From an uncultured Phycisphaerales bacterium (GTDB taxonomy: Bacteria > Planctomycetota > Phycisphaerae > Tepidisphaerales > Tepidisphaeraceae): DNA of 64,000 nt. The notes under the pieces were generated by a model. The model was not told where the DNA came from, did no database searches, and saw only the letters and a program-made list of their open reading frames with translations. Shown one piece after another: positions 9,629 through 20,949 of this stretch (position 1 is the stretch's first letter; each line of letters opens with the position of its first letter). The stretch covers positions 1,856,001 through 1,920,000 of the forward strand of contig CAVWVQ010000003.1 of NCBI GenBank assembly GCA_963758525.1, read 5' to 3'. The translations under genes were made by a program, and so were the position numbers.

Positions 9629-10969
9629 TCACCTCCCCAAAATCTCATCTTCAATCGGCGCACCCGCGTCGCGCCGCGACCGCCGTGACTGCACGACTTC
9701 GATCACCCGGCCGACGATCATCTCCAGTCGGTCGGGCACATCCTCGGCAAGAAACCGCAAAACCGCCATCCCCTGCCGCTGCATCAGCCAATCTTTGGCG
9801 CGATCCCTGCGATATGCCTCTTTGTCCTGAAAATGGAAGTAGCCGTCCACTTCGATCGCAATCGATAATGCCGGGCAGAGCAGATCGATTTCCGCCTTCC
9901 GATTCCCGAACATGAAACCGCCGTCGGCATTGAGTACGAACAGTCCGGTAGTCGCGGCATCGGCTTGCAGCGCAGCGTACAGCAGCGCTTCGGCCAGACT
10001 GCGCACCGCAGCATACTCGGCGGGCGGCTCGGTTTGGACCGACGGCGCGGATGCGCCGACCTGCAACGCAACTCTCACTGCTCCGCGGGCGCGATCACGC
10101 AAATTCTCGATCGCGGCGCTCGTTGGCAATCCAGGATCGGAGCGTCCCGCTCGGGCGTCAGCCCGTGGTTCGCACGCGATTTCGACGGCGGCTTGCGAAG
10201 AGCGTTGCATAAGCCCCGGCGGGTCGCTGGCGCAGACGCTGAGCCCATCTCGCAGGATCGCCGGCGTGTGGGAGTCGAGTAATTCCTGCAATCGGCTCCA
10301 CGCGTCGGAGTCGGCGACGACAACCAGCCGCATCTCGCGAATTACTTCGACAGCACCGGCGATCCACCGAATCGTTTCGGCCATTTGATCTGCCTGGCTC
10401 GACGCCATGATGACGATGGGCCGAAGCCCGCCCCACAACTCCGCCACCATTTCCAAGCGCTCGACGTCGCCCAGTCCCCGCGCCCGCAAGTGATCCAGAG
10501 TTTCGCGGACCACCTGAGCGGGACTGCCGGCGGTGCTTACTGCGAGCAGCCGGGCAAACTCGTCTGCGCCGTGGCGGCCTTGCAACGTCCGCTCCGACTC
10601 GGCTTGCCACAGTCGCTCGGGGACCGACTTCGCGGGCTCCGCAATCTGCAGCACTTCCCGCGTGCGACCCAGGAGCATGTCGGCAACGTGCGCATCGAGC
10701 GGTTCATCTACTCCGCACCAACTCGACAGGAAACGCGTCACGTCGAGCGGCGACTGCACGAAGAACGGTAGTGATTGGCGGCCCGACGGATCAGACAATC
10801 GGTCCGATATTTTGATCGCCTTTGACTCGAGCAAGACCGCAATTCGACGATCGGCCGTTAAGAGTTCCCGGAGGATCTGCGGAGGTCCAGGAAGTCCGGG
10901 AGGAACCAGTTGTGGAGAGAGAATGCCCATCCCTTTTCGTATCGTCCGCGATTCGATGGAGCGAGGCAA
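9629..10969 (-). CDS. Protein with C-terminal DUF559/Vsr-like PD-(D/E)xK endonuclease domain (start uncertain, alternative 10930)
   Basis: RSLAEALLY...EIDLLCPALSIAIEVDGYFHF...YRRDRAKDWLMQRQGMAVLRF. Confidence 0.85.
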   Translation of the reverse strand: MPRSIESRTIRKGMGILSPQLVPPGLPGPPQILRELLTADRRIAVLLESKAIKISDRLSDPSGRQSLPFFVQSPLDVTRFLSSWCGVDEPLDAHVADMLLGRTREVLQIAEPAKSVPERLWQAESERTLQGRHGADEFARLLAVSTAGSPAQVVRETLDHLRARGLGDVERLEMVAELWGGLRPIVIMASSQADQMAETIRWIAGAVEVIREMRLVVVADSDAWSRLQELLDSHTPAILRDGLSVCASDPPGLMQRSSQAAVEIACEPRADARAGRSDPGLPTSAAIENLRDRARGAVRVALQVGASAPSVQTEPPAEYAAVRSLAEALLYAALQADAATTGLFVLNADGGFMFGNRKAEIDLLCPALSIAIEVDGYFHFQDKEAYRRDRAKDWLMQRQGMAVLRFLAEDVPDRLEMIVGRVIEVVQSRRSRRDAGAPIEDEILGR

Positions 10970-11017
10970 GTTGCCGACGGCTGGACGAGTCTGCGAACCT
11001 TTTCCGAGATCATTAGA

Positions 11018-11362
11018 TTATTTGGCGAACATGAAGCGGCCTTCAACGCTCACCCGATCGTTCTTGCAACGCACGCCTTCGCTTTCGAGCATCTGGCGTT
11101 TTTTTTCCAGGCCTCCCGCATAGCCGGTTAATCGGCCGTCGCTGCCGACGACGCGATGGCAGGGGACGCCAGGGGCGTAGGGGTTGCGATTCATGGCGTT
11201 GCCGACGGCACGATATGCCTTGGTTCCCAAGGCGTGGGCGAGGTCGGCGTAGGTCGTCACCCTGCCGGGCGGAATCTGGCTCAGCAGCGCCCAGCACTTC
11301 TGGTTGAAGTTCATTCCTTCCACGATTTTCCCTTCCAAAATGCTCTGTTCGATGTCGGTCAT
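11018..11362 (-). CDS. Methylated-DNA-protein cysteine methyltransferase (MGMT/Ogt family, C-terminal domain only)
   Basis: IPPGRVTTYADLA, RAVGNAMNRNP, active-site PCHRVV; GGAG SD. Confidence 0.9.
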   Translation of the reverse strand: MTDIEQSILEGKIVEGMNFNQKCWALLSQIPPGRVTTYADLAHALGTKAYRAVGNAMNRNPYAPGVPCHRVVGSDGRLTGYAGGLEKKRQMLESEGVRCKNDRVSVEGRFMFAK

Positions 11363-11523
11363 GGCGGTGTTCTCCATTATTTAAATTAGGGTAATGTTCA
11401 GCGCATTTGATTGCAAGAGAAAAGAGACGGCTGGAGGTGAATTTTAAACCTTTTGCGACTTCTTTCGGACTGAATTTGGAAACGGGTGAATGCGAAAACG
11501 GGGCTTTGGGGAGCCGGGGATCT

Positions 11524-13020
11524 TCAGACTGCCGCGTCGTTCACACGGGCGGGACGTCCGTGCCACGGGGGAGTGTGCCAGGCGCCGTCGCTGGAGCCGT
11601 TGAGAAGTTCGGGATGGCGGGAGGTTTGGCGCTCGTACTCGATGAGGATGTCGTTCAGAGCGGCGTCGGCTGACGGACTGACGTCAGCTAAGACCGCGAC
11701 GGTGCCTCCGCTGCCGCCGCCAGTGATTTTGGCGCCGTAGAGGCCGGCGCGCTCGCGCTTGCGGACCAGAGACACCAGGAGATCGCATTCCTGGGCGCCG
11801 AGCATGGCGTCCATGGTGTAGGACTGATGGGATGCGTACATCAGATGACCGGCGCGGTCGAGAAGACCGCCGCGGCGTTTGGCATCGGGGGCGAGCGCGG
11901 CCTGGGTCAGAAATTCCACGAACCGTTCGACTCGCCGTGCCTCCAAAACGTGATGATCTGTTGCATGACGCACGAGATAGTCGACGGCGGGATCGACACT
12001 GGTTGCGCGATCGATCGTGGGACCATAGCGATCGAGAAATTCCTGGCCGCGGATCGTTTCGGGCACGCGGGGACGGAAGATCGATTTGTAGTCGTCGCGT
12101 TCGACGTTGGCGAGGTAGCCGCGCATCGGATCGCCGATCAGCTCGCGTCCGGCGGCGGCGCCGATCTCGCGCATCGCCGCGAGAATGATCGTGTGCCCCA
12201 TGAACGCGGCGCATCGGGTTCGGCCGTAGGCGCCGCCGCCGACGCTGTGCTTCACGTTGCTGTTGATGCCGACGAAACGCGCGCCGGGCGGCAACGGAAG
12301 CGGGTCCTGCAGCTCGTGGGGTTGGCAGACCATGCGGAGCAACGATCCGCTTTTTCCCAGGCAGCAGGCAACCTGGTCCATGATCCCGCAGGGCGCGCCA
12401 ACGATCCGATTCTCGACTTCCTGCGAGAGCGCCGCGACGACAAGGCCATCGGCAATGTGCTTCCCACGGGAGGGATCGCGCAGGGAAAAATGATCGACGA
12501 AATTCAGCATGGTCGCGACTTCGATGGCGGCCGACGAGCTGACGCCGGCGCCGAGCGGAACGGTGCTGAGAATCGCCAGATTGAATCCACAAATCCCCGG
12601 ATCGTTCAAGTCGATGTAGCCGTGCTCGTGAAGAATGAAGAGGCACCCCGCGACATATGCCGCCCATTGCCGGCCGGGCTCGGCAAATTCGCGGCGCAAC
12701 GCTTCAGGGCTGCCGCCGGCGAGGGCGTCGAGAGAGATGCCGAACGTGAAGGGACGGTGTTCGTCGAGCAGGTTGAAGCTGAAAATGCGCAGCTCGCGAT
12801 CGGTCCGCTCCTGCGAGATGACCGCGGCGGCGCGATCGAGCGTCGCCTCGGCGACGAGCGAGCCGGTGTAATCGGCGATGCCGCCCATCACGTCGAGCCG
12901 CCCGGGGGCCCGGCTCACGCGCATTGCGCGGGTGAAGTCGAAGGATGCGGAGAGTTCGGCACGAGTGCGCTGCAGCAGCATCGGCACGGGATCGAGCTGC
13001 AGAATGTCGTTGGCGGGCAT
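11524..13020 (-). CDS. GHMP sugar kinase (galactokinase / L-arabinokinase-like)
   Basis: APGRLDVMGGIADY, PLGAGVSSSAA, GAPCGIMDQ, GAKITGGGSGG. Confidence 0.88.
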   Translation of the reverse strand: MPANDILQLDPVPMLLQRTRAELSASFDFTRAMRVSRAPGRLDVMGGIADYTGSLVAEATLDRAAAVISQERTDRELRIFSFNLLDEHRPFTFGISLDALAGGSPEALRREFAEPGRQWAAYVAGCLFILHEHGYIDLNDPGICGFNLAILSTVPLGAGVSSSAAIEVATMLNFVDHFSLRDPSRGKHIADGLVVAALSQEVENRIVGAPCGIMDQVACCLGKSGSLLRMVCQPHELQDPLPLPPGARFVGINSNVKHSVGGGAYGRTRCAAFMGHTIILAAMREIGAAAGRELIGDPMRGYLANVERDDYKSIFRPRVPETIRGQEFLDRYGPTIDRATSVDPAVDYLVRHATDHHVLEARRVERFVEFLTQAALAPDAKRRGGLLDRAGHLMYASHQSYTMDAMLGAQECDLLVSLVRKRERAGLYGAKITGGGSGGTVAVLADVSPSADAALNDILIEYERQTSRHPELLNGSSDGAWHTPPWHGRPARVNDAAV

Positions 13021-13029
13021 GACAGGAAC

Positions 13030-13569
13030 TTAATGCGACGGCGTCTGCTCGGGCGCGTGTACGTTGTGTCGGCCGAAGGATTTCTTTTCGGGGTCATTGC
13101 CCTCGATGACAACCTGGTCGAACAGCCGATGCCCCCCAAGATCGAACTCGGCTGTCAGCACATAGTTTCGTTCGCGGGACAGATTGGGCTGGGCCAGCTC
13201 GAAGCTGTAGCCGCGGATGGCGCTGTTCCAATTGGCGATCTGCTCGTCCCTGGTGAGAAGCGAACCGACCCACGGCCCGCCGACGCGTTCGCCTTTGGGA
13301 TCGGGGGCCGAGTACCGATAGGCGTAGAGCTCGAAGATCACTTTGCCCGTGGCGCGAGTGGTATCGCCGAACTGATCCTGCAATTCGATGACGGCCTCGA
13401 TCCCATCGGGTTTATTGTCGCCGGTCCAGTCTTTGATTTCGGTAAACGTGGGATGCAGGCGCATGGACTGCGGGCCGAACATCTCGTCATCGGAGGCGGA
13501 GCGACCGATCGAGTTCCCCTGGCATCCCCAAGCCGTCAGAGCGAGCACGAGCCAGATTCCTCGCCGCAT
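13030..13569 (-). CDS. Hypothetical lipoprotein
   Basis: MRRGIWLVLALTAWGC is a lipobox-like signal; co-oriented with the kinase, 9-nt gap. Confidence 0.7.
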   Translation of the reverse strand: MRRGIWLVLALTAWGCQGNSIGRSASDDEMFGPQSMRLHPTFTEIKDWTGDNKPDGIEAVIELQDQFGDTTRATGKVIFELYAYRYSAPDPKGERVGGPWVGSLLTRDEQIANWNSAIRGYSFELAQPNLSRERNYVLTAEFDLGGHRLFDQVVIEGNDPEKKSFGRHNVHAPEQTPSH

Positions 13570-13671
13570 GAAGGGAAGGTAGGGGTGACGGGGAGGAGTG
13601 TCAAACTATGCCCGGTGAACAAAGCATTCAAAGGTGTCAAACGGCGGGCACTTGGCGATATACTAGCTGAT

Positions 13672-13983
13672 ATGACGCTCGCGGAAGTAGAAAAACGGGT
13701 GGCTGCACTCGAATCGGTCATCGGGAAGCTCGCCAACGGCAAAAAGAAGCCAAGTTTGCAAGGCTGGTGGCGTGAATCGGCTGGGAAGTTTGCCAACGAC
13801 CCAGTGTTCGATGAAATCGTTCGTCTCGGACGAGAGTATCGTCGGTCTCTTGGAAACAAGACGAAGGCGAAACGTGCTTTTGGAGAGGTTGGAGAGTTCG
13901 TCGGATCCAGACGTGCAAGTCACGATCGTGAGCTTCGAGGAACAGATGCGAGGCTGGCTTGCTTTCATATCAAATGCACGTAA
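13672..13983 (+). CDS. VapB-like antitoxin; native stop apparently lost ~13880, so the frame extends
   Basis: MTLAEVEKRVAALE...WWRESAGKFANDPVFDEIVRLGREYRRS is typical of antitoxins paired with PIN toxins. Confidence 0.65.
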   Translation: MTLAEVEKRVAALESVIGKLANGKKKPSLQGWWRESAGKFANDPVFDEIVRLGREYRRSLGNKTKAKRAFGEVGEFVGSRRASHDRELRGTDARLACFHIKCT

Positions 13984-14236
13984 CCCCGAAGCTCAGGTGA
14001 ATGGCTATTACCGCCTTCACGCCCTGCTCGACGACTACACTCGTCGACCGCTTCTAGACTTCGATGATATGGCGGCTGCAATCTTTCAGCGGCTTCGCAA
14101 GCAAAGGGTTCGCATCGGAACCATGGATCTCCGGGTCGCCGCGATCGCTCTTGGGAACGATGCAACGTTGATTTCGCGAAACCTCGCGGATTTTCGCCGC
14201 GTACCCGGTCTCAGGGTGGTCGATTGGACGACTTAA
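13874..14236 (+). pseudogene. vapC: VapC PIN-domain toxin lacking the N-terminal hhhDTD strand
   Basis: VTIVSFEEQMRGW...RIGTMDLRVAAIAL..DATLISRNLADFRRVPGLRVVDW; no N-terminal LDTD motif in this frame. Confidence 0.75.
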
Positions 14237-14337
14237 CATTCTTCCGCGGACTTTTCGCGCCGTCCATGGGACTGCTCAGCGAATGACGCCACATCTGTCA
14301 CGGGGAAGCGATTGCGGTGATGCCTTCATCTCGCCAT

Positions 14338-17300
14338 TCAATCTTCAATCACCACTTTGTTCTCGTCTGAATTGCCCTTCAATTCCGGTGCGTACATTGC
14401 ACTGGCTCTGGTCGGCAACGCGCTGAACTTTCCGGGGATTTCGGCTCTGAGCCGGTATGAGACAGAGTGCTTGCCGCGGGCCAGTGCCCGCGCGAAGAAG
14501 CTGACGCGGTCGTCGCGCAGTTCCATATAGGCGTTAAGATCGTTGCCGTTGTAGCCGCTCTGCAGATCGACAGGCTCGAAGCCGGCGGCTTTCATGTCTT
14601 CGAACAGGACATACTCGTAGTCGTTCTTGCTGTCGATCTCAAGCTCGACTTCGATCAGATCTCCGCTTTTGAGCGCTTCGCCGTCGGCGATTTCCTTCCG
14701 CTCGTATTTTTCCACACTCTGGTCCAGCGCCTGTCCGCGCTGCCCGGAAACTTTGGCGGTCTCTTTCACTTCGATCAGCTTGTAGAACTTGCGTTGCACG
14801 CGGACTTCCAGCCCGGCTTTTTTGATCGGATCCTCCAGCGTGAAGTTGGTGACATAGGCGCTGAAATAGAGCGGGCCGGCGCCGGATTTGGCGAATTCGA
14901 TCTTGTGCTGGCCGGTGATGACGTCGTTGCCGCTCAGCACGACCTTGTTGTCAAACGAGAAGAGATTGGTCGCATCGATATGCACCTGCTTCATCTGCTT
15001 GCCGTCGATGCTGACCGTCACGGTTTCGTCCGGCTTGTCTTCGCCGCTGGCGCGGATGTAGTCGGCCAGGGCCTCGATGCAGATCGCGGTATCGCGGGTG
15101 CTGTTCCAGTACGACGCGTGCTTGCGATTGGTGATCAGATACTTCGCGAGGCGGGCGGTCACTTCGCCGTGCGGATCGGTCCGGCTCAGGAGCTTGAGAT
15201 AGTACCCCATCGCCTCGGTGTCAGAGCCGTACCAGCACCACCAGTAATTCTCAGCGGGGAGCTTCAGGTACGCGGTTTGGTCTTCGTTGTCCTCAACGAC
15301 GTATTGGGAAATGTTCTGCAGCAGCATGTCGAGCTTCTGCTTCTCCCCCTGTTTTTCAAGAGCGAGCGCGAACATCGCTTTGCCGTAGACGGCGATATCG
15401 TTTCGATCGCGATAGAGAAATGCGGTCATCTTCGGATCATGCACATCCGCATCGGCCAGCACCATATAGACAAACGCGTCGAGATCGTCTGCCGTCTCCT
15501 TCCACGGATCGATCTTGGCAGGGGCATTTTCGAGCATTTTCACCTGGCGGTTCTGATAATCGACGAGCCACTGCTGGCCGCGTTCGAGCAGGTTGCCGGG
15601 GAGGACGACGCCGTTGGATTTGGCGATCTGCAGGCCGTGCACGACCAGCGCGGTGGTGTGCGGCCAGGAGGATTCGCCGATGCCGCTGAACCATCCCCAG
15701 CCGCCGTCGGCAACCTGCATGTTGGCCAGCCGCTCGATTCCTTCGGCTGTCATGTCCGCGACCACTTTCTCGTCGAAGACGGGATTGCGCTGCCCGACGC
15801 CGGGGTTTGGCGGATTGTTGCGTTTCCAGTCCTTGCGCGCTGGGCATCGTCGCCGATTTCCTGCGCGTTGAGATTGGTGCGTTTCTGCTCGATCGCCTTG
15901 AGATCGAGGTGCATCCCCAGCAGCACCTTCTGGGTGATGACCGTCGGAAGAAATCGATTCAGCGTCTGCTCGGTGCAGCCATAGGGATAGTCAACCAGAT
16001 AGGGCAACGCATCGACCATGGCGGACGCGACGCTGGGAGAATAGCGGATCTCCACCCGGCTCTGCTCGGGCAATCGCTCGGCGGGAACGTTGAACGTCAG
16101 CGACGCGTGTTCATCTTTCGGCCGCATCGCGCCGGAGAACGAATCGGTTTTGAGCATCCCATGAATTTCCACGGGGAAGGTCATCTGCATGGCATCGGAT
16201 TCTTCGTCGGTCAGCGCGGCAACTTTAATGTCCGCCGTGCCGGGAGCGACAGCTTTGACGCGCCAATCGACGCGGGTTTCCCCATCGGCGGGGATTTCCA
16301 CGGTTTGCGCAAGATTGCTGCCGGTCGACGAATCGACCAACGGCGCGAGCGTATTTCCGCCCAGATCGAGCGTGACCTTCACACTCTTGGCACTCTTGAG
16401 ATAATTGTGAACATTGGCCGAGAGAACCACTTCGTCCTTCTGCACGAAGAATCGCGGAGCCTGGAGACGGACGATCACGTTCTTGAAAGTGACGACTTCG
16501 GCTTCGCCTTGTCCGACGCGCGTGCCTGACGACATCGACCAGACCTTGGTCTTCCAAGTCGTGAGACTTTCGGGCATGGTCAGCTCAACCTCGGCGGTTC
16601 CATCAGCGTTGGTGTCGATGCGCCCGACCCATAGAGCGGTGTCGGCGAAATTCTTGCGGACGGTCGGTTGCACGGTTGGAGCGCCGCTTCCGCCGGGTTC
16701 GCGGGCGGACCGCTTGTCGCCGTCGGACCGGAAGTTACCCCCGGCGCCGGCAGCGTCGGCCGCCATCGGCGCAGCGGGCGCGGCGGAATCTGCCGCCATC
16801 AGTTGATTCTGCTCCGCCATTCCGAAGAGATTTCCTCGCACTGACTTCAACGCCTTGACTCTGCCGCCCGGCACCATTCCATGGACACGGCCCTCGTCCA
16901 TACCCACCTCTCCAAACGCGCCCAGCACGGACATCGCGACTTCATCCGAGTGATATAGCGGCGTTCCCTCGCGGTCGAGGCTCGATTCTGTCTGCGGATA
17001 GTGATTCCGTCGCCATTTCCAGAAGAATGCCTTGATCTCCTCGACGTTGGATCCGCCGGAGATGTACTCGACGGCTTTGTCGTAGATGCTCACAACTTCC
17101 GAGCCAGCGACCGGCGCTCCGTTGGCATCGGTCACCTTGATCTGGACTTTCGCCTTCTCCCCGGGCCGATATTTCTCCGCCGAGGGAGTGACCGCCACAT
17201 TCACCACCCTGCTCTCCGGCGGCACCACGATCTCGCGGACGTCGTCAAATACTTTTGCGTCGCCCACCGTCAGCGCCTCGATGAAAAAGTTCGGCGTGTC

Positions 17301-20300
17301 CTTCTTCACCACCGCCACGTCCTCAATGGTGCTCTTTCCCTTGAGCCGCAGAACCTTCGGCGGCAGGTAGATGCCATTGCTCGGGCGAAGGAACAGGACG
17401 ACCGTTGAATCGGCACGATCGGTGTTGATCATCAGCCGGACGGTGTCGCCGGCCTGGTATTCCTTCTTGTCGGTTGTCAGTTCAATGTCATTGAAGCGGA
17501 ACTGCTGGCCGTTGAATCCCTCGCCGCGAACCACCAATACGTACCCGCCCTCGATGCTCCTGCCCCTGGCATCAGTCACGCGATAGCTGAGGCGGTATTG
17601 CCCGCTGGCGGCAGCCTTGATCTGCTGATGCGCCAGGCCCTGCGCGTCGGTGTCGAGCGCCCAATGCTCGACCTCGTTTTCGACGGGATTGCGATCTTTG
17701 TCGTAAGTAACACGCAGGAGCTTCAGCTCCCCCTTCGCGCCGGCGATGGGCTTGTTGTCGAGCGTCTGCGCGGAGAATGAAGCCTCGATCGCATCGCCCG
17801 TGTTGTAGTAGCCGCGATCGACCCAGGCGTAGACGCTGAATGGCTTGCGCGCGACGAGCACGTCGCCGGCGCCGACGATCGTCCGGCGCGATTGGTCGGT
17901 GACCTCTGCCGTGATCGAATAGCTCTGATCTTCGTCGCCGTGGACGGCCTTGGCGGGCGCGGTGTCGATCTCGACTTTTACCGTGCCGTCGGGACCGACC
18001 GGCACGTCGTTCTCCGCCACCACTTCCGGCGGGGCTGACTGGCGCGGCCACCAGAGGCGCAGCGGCGCCCGCATGCCCCAGTCGTTCCAGCCGCGATACC
18101 AGTTGTATTCCGCCGCAAACCACCAATAGCCCGGCTCATAGAACCAGTCCCACCGCGCGGCGGGAAACCAGCGGGCGTCGTGCGCCTGCCGCAGGATTTT
18201 GTAATGCACTTTCGCGTTGACGACGGGCGTCCCGAAATAGTATTTCGCCCGGATCGTGGCGGTGATCTTGTCGCCGAGCTGGATCGGCTCGGTCGGCGCG
18301 TCGACGGTCACTTCGTATTCCGGTTTCTTGTATTCCTCGACGCGGAAATTCCCGCCGCCGAAGTTGTCGACTCCCAAGGCGTAAACACCCAGCGTCGCGT
18401 CGGCGGGTATCGTATATTCCCCGTCAAACCCCCCGAATTCATCTGTCTGGTACGTCTTTTCAAGCACCTTTTCGCCGCGCGGATCCTGCATTCGCAGCAG
18501 CGCGCTGACGTTGGCGAATTCTGATTTGCTCTCAAGATCGTATTTGGCGGTTTCGAGCCAGAGCTTGAACTTTACGGTCTGGCCCGGCCGGTAGACGGGC
18601 CGGTCGGTGATGAGAAAGGCCTTTCGCTGGTTGTACTGGGCGTCGTAATATTGGCCGCCCCAAATTCCGGTGAAACCCAGGTACGCCAGGCGACCGTCCG
18701 GCGTGGTGGCGGTCGTGAGCCACTGGAAATTGGCGTCATTGCCTGTTGCGTCCAGCGAGCACTGCCCGTCGGCGTCGGTCGTGCCGGAGGCATTTTGCGT
18801 AATGATGCGGACGCGATTGTCGGCATACTCCTGGCGATAGCCGAAAAACTGCATCTTCGCGTTGGGAACCGGCGCACCGGTGACGGCATCCGCAACGAAA
18901 AAGTACGCTCCGTTCTCGCCGCGCTTCTGGACGATCGCCGTGTCGGCGATCCAGAGAATGATGCGCGTCGTGTTTCCATCCTCCATCCGCGCGGTGATCA
19001 GATAGGCGCCGGGTTGCTTGATCGGCACATCGACTTTCACGCGCCGATCGAAGTGTTTGGGCCGGGGCTGCAGGTCCATGTCCCATTTGGCCGTTTGCCT
19101 GATCAAGTATTGCTTCTGGTTTTTCTCGACCAGGCGATAGCCGAGATTGTTGACGTCGATGGATTGCCAATCGAGTTCACGCGGGTGCGCGGCGATGGCT
19201 CCCTGCACATCGTCGAGCAGCCTTTTGACATCGATCTCCTGCGCATCGAATGACACTTTCGTGCCGTTGCGGAAAACCAGGTAGGCCGACGCATTGGTCC
19301 CGGACGGCTCGGTTTCCGCTGCGTCGAACACGGCCCAATTCTTCAGGATCTGATCGAGCCGCGATTGCTTCGCATGGTCGGGGCCCGGCCCATAATCGGC
19401 GATGCTCTTCTTCCAATACTCCGCCGCCCGGTCGTACTGCTGGCGATTCTCGAAAAGTTCGGCAAGCTGCTCCAGCGCCTGCTCGCCCCAGTTCGATTTC
19501 TTCTCCGCAACCGACTGGAAGAGATGGATGAAATTGAACTCCTCGGGCAGCTTGAACCGCTTAATCCCACTGGCCAATCGCGCGATCGTTTCATCCTCGC
19601 CGAGCGTCTGGACGGCATAGGGGCCGCTCTCGTCCTTGCGCGTGGAATCGTCGTCCGCGGCGGGGCCAATATCGGCGCCGCGACCGAAGAATCGCGGGCC
19701 CATGTAAGCCATCGTCTGCACACCGAACTGAGTGTGCAGAAATTCAGCAAAGACGTATTTCGCGTGCAACGCCGCGTCATCTGACGTTTGGCCGGCTTGC
19801 TCAAGACACCATCGCCAGCGTTCGCCGTCGGTCTTGGCGTCGTTCCAGGATTTGGGGATCGCGTGATAAACAGGCGATCCGTCTTCATTCACGGGGGCGC
19901 CACGATCGTTGCTGTCTCCGTAATAGCGGAATCCCTCCTCGTAGTCGGGAAGCTTGGCGAAGTCGGAGAGGTACTGCAGTTTCCAGGCGCCGTCGCCGGG
20001 GCGGTTATCGAGGAGAACGCCGGCAAAATTGAAATAGAAAGCTCCCAAGGCGTTCTTATCCGGCTCATTTGCCGCGATCGGCATCGCCTGCACCATAAGT
20101 TGCAGGGCGCGGACGCGATCGCGCTCGAAAGTTGCCACCTGGCGGCCGTCGCCTTGCCGGCGTCCGCCGCGGTAGAACTTTCCGGCGACGATGGTCCCGT
20201 ACCCTTCCCCGTTCAGGTAGCTCTGGGCCGCCGCATCGAGCAGCCGCCAGTTGTTTGCGTGGGCGGCGATGGTCTTTTCGCGGAAGTCGTCAATCTCGTC

Positions 20301-20552
20301 GCTTCGGCCGAGCTGCTGCAGACATTGAATGCCGTTGACCAGGTCGTCTGATACGAGCATGGGATCATCCGTCGGATCCGTGGCGAGCATTGCGAACCCC
20401 GATTCGTAGGCGTCTTTCCAGTTTCCCTTTTGTTGCGCGGATTGCGCGGCTTCTCGCCGTTGCCCGGCGCCCGATTCGGCGGCGACTGCTCCAAGATAAA
20501 GGCCGCTCAGCGTGAGAAACAGAGCGTACAACCCCAGAACGCGTTTCGACAT
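14338..20552 (-). CDS. Alpha-2-macroglobulin family protein (~2070 aa, secreted); frameshift ~15835
   Basis: Signal peptide, TDRPVYRPG, FRVEEYKKPEY, VRKNFADTALW, thioester YPYGCTEQT, QVADGGWGWF, YWNSTRDTA, ELRDDRV, AMYAPEL. Confidence 0.92.
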
Positions 20553-20739
20553 AGCAGTTTCCTCGAGTCCGCCCCCCGCCTTTGACGCAAGCGGCGCGCG
20601 GAAGTTCCCGCCGCTCGTACCACGGGTTCCCAACCCGTGCGAGAGATGCAGGATTCTAACGAGGATAGCTGAATGCTGCGGTTTTCTTACTACCGTGGCG
20701 CAGGGCGGGTTGGGAAAACCCGTGGTACGCCACGGCCGC

Positions 20740-20949
20740 TTACGCGTCGCGGCTGTTTTTCCCAATGAGGAAGTAAAGAATCATGCCGAGCACCGGCAGC
20801 AGCAAAATGACCAATGTCCAGAGAAGCTTATGCCCAGCCGTGCCGGCGCCGGCCAACACGCTGACGATCGCAATGATATCGAGTATCAGTACGATCAGTC
20901 CGAGCAAGCCGCCCCCTACCATCATGTCCGCGAGAATGAATTCAGCCAT
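20740..20949 (-). CDS. Small membrane protein, PLDc N-terminal domain
   Basis: KLLWTLVILLLPVLGMILYFLIG signature; GGAG SD. Confidence 0.8.
   Translation of the reverse strand: MAEFILADMMVGGGLLGLIVLILDIIAIVSVLAGAGTAGHKLLWTLVILLLPVLGMILYFLIGKNSRDA

Noticed and set aside
5274..10969. Conjugative element (VirB4/VirD4) or prophage
   Set aside because: No relaxase, T4SS membrane genes, integrase, att repeats or phage structural genes are visible.
11827..13671. 718-aa plus-strand ORF 11827..13983 and other long antisense ORFs (23421..25538, 14467..15984, 43705..45225, 28944..30341)
   Set aside because: Shadow ORFs opposite well-supported genes in GC-rich DNA. Only the last ~100 codons of 11827..13983 (the antitoxin) look real.
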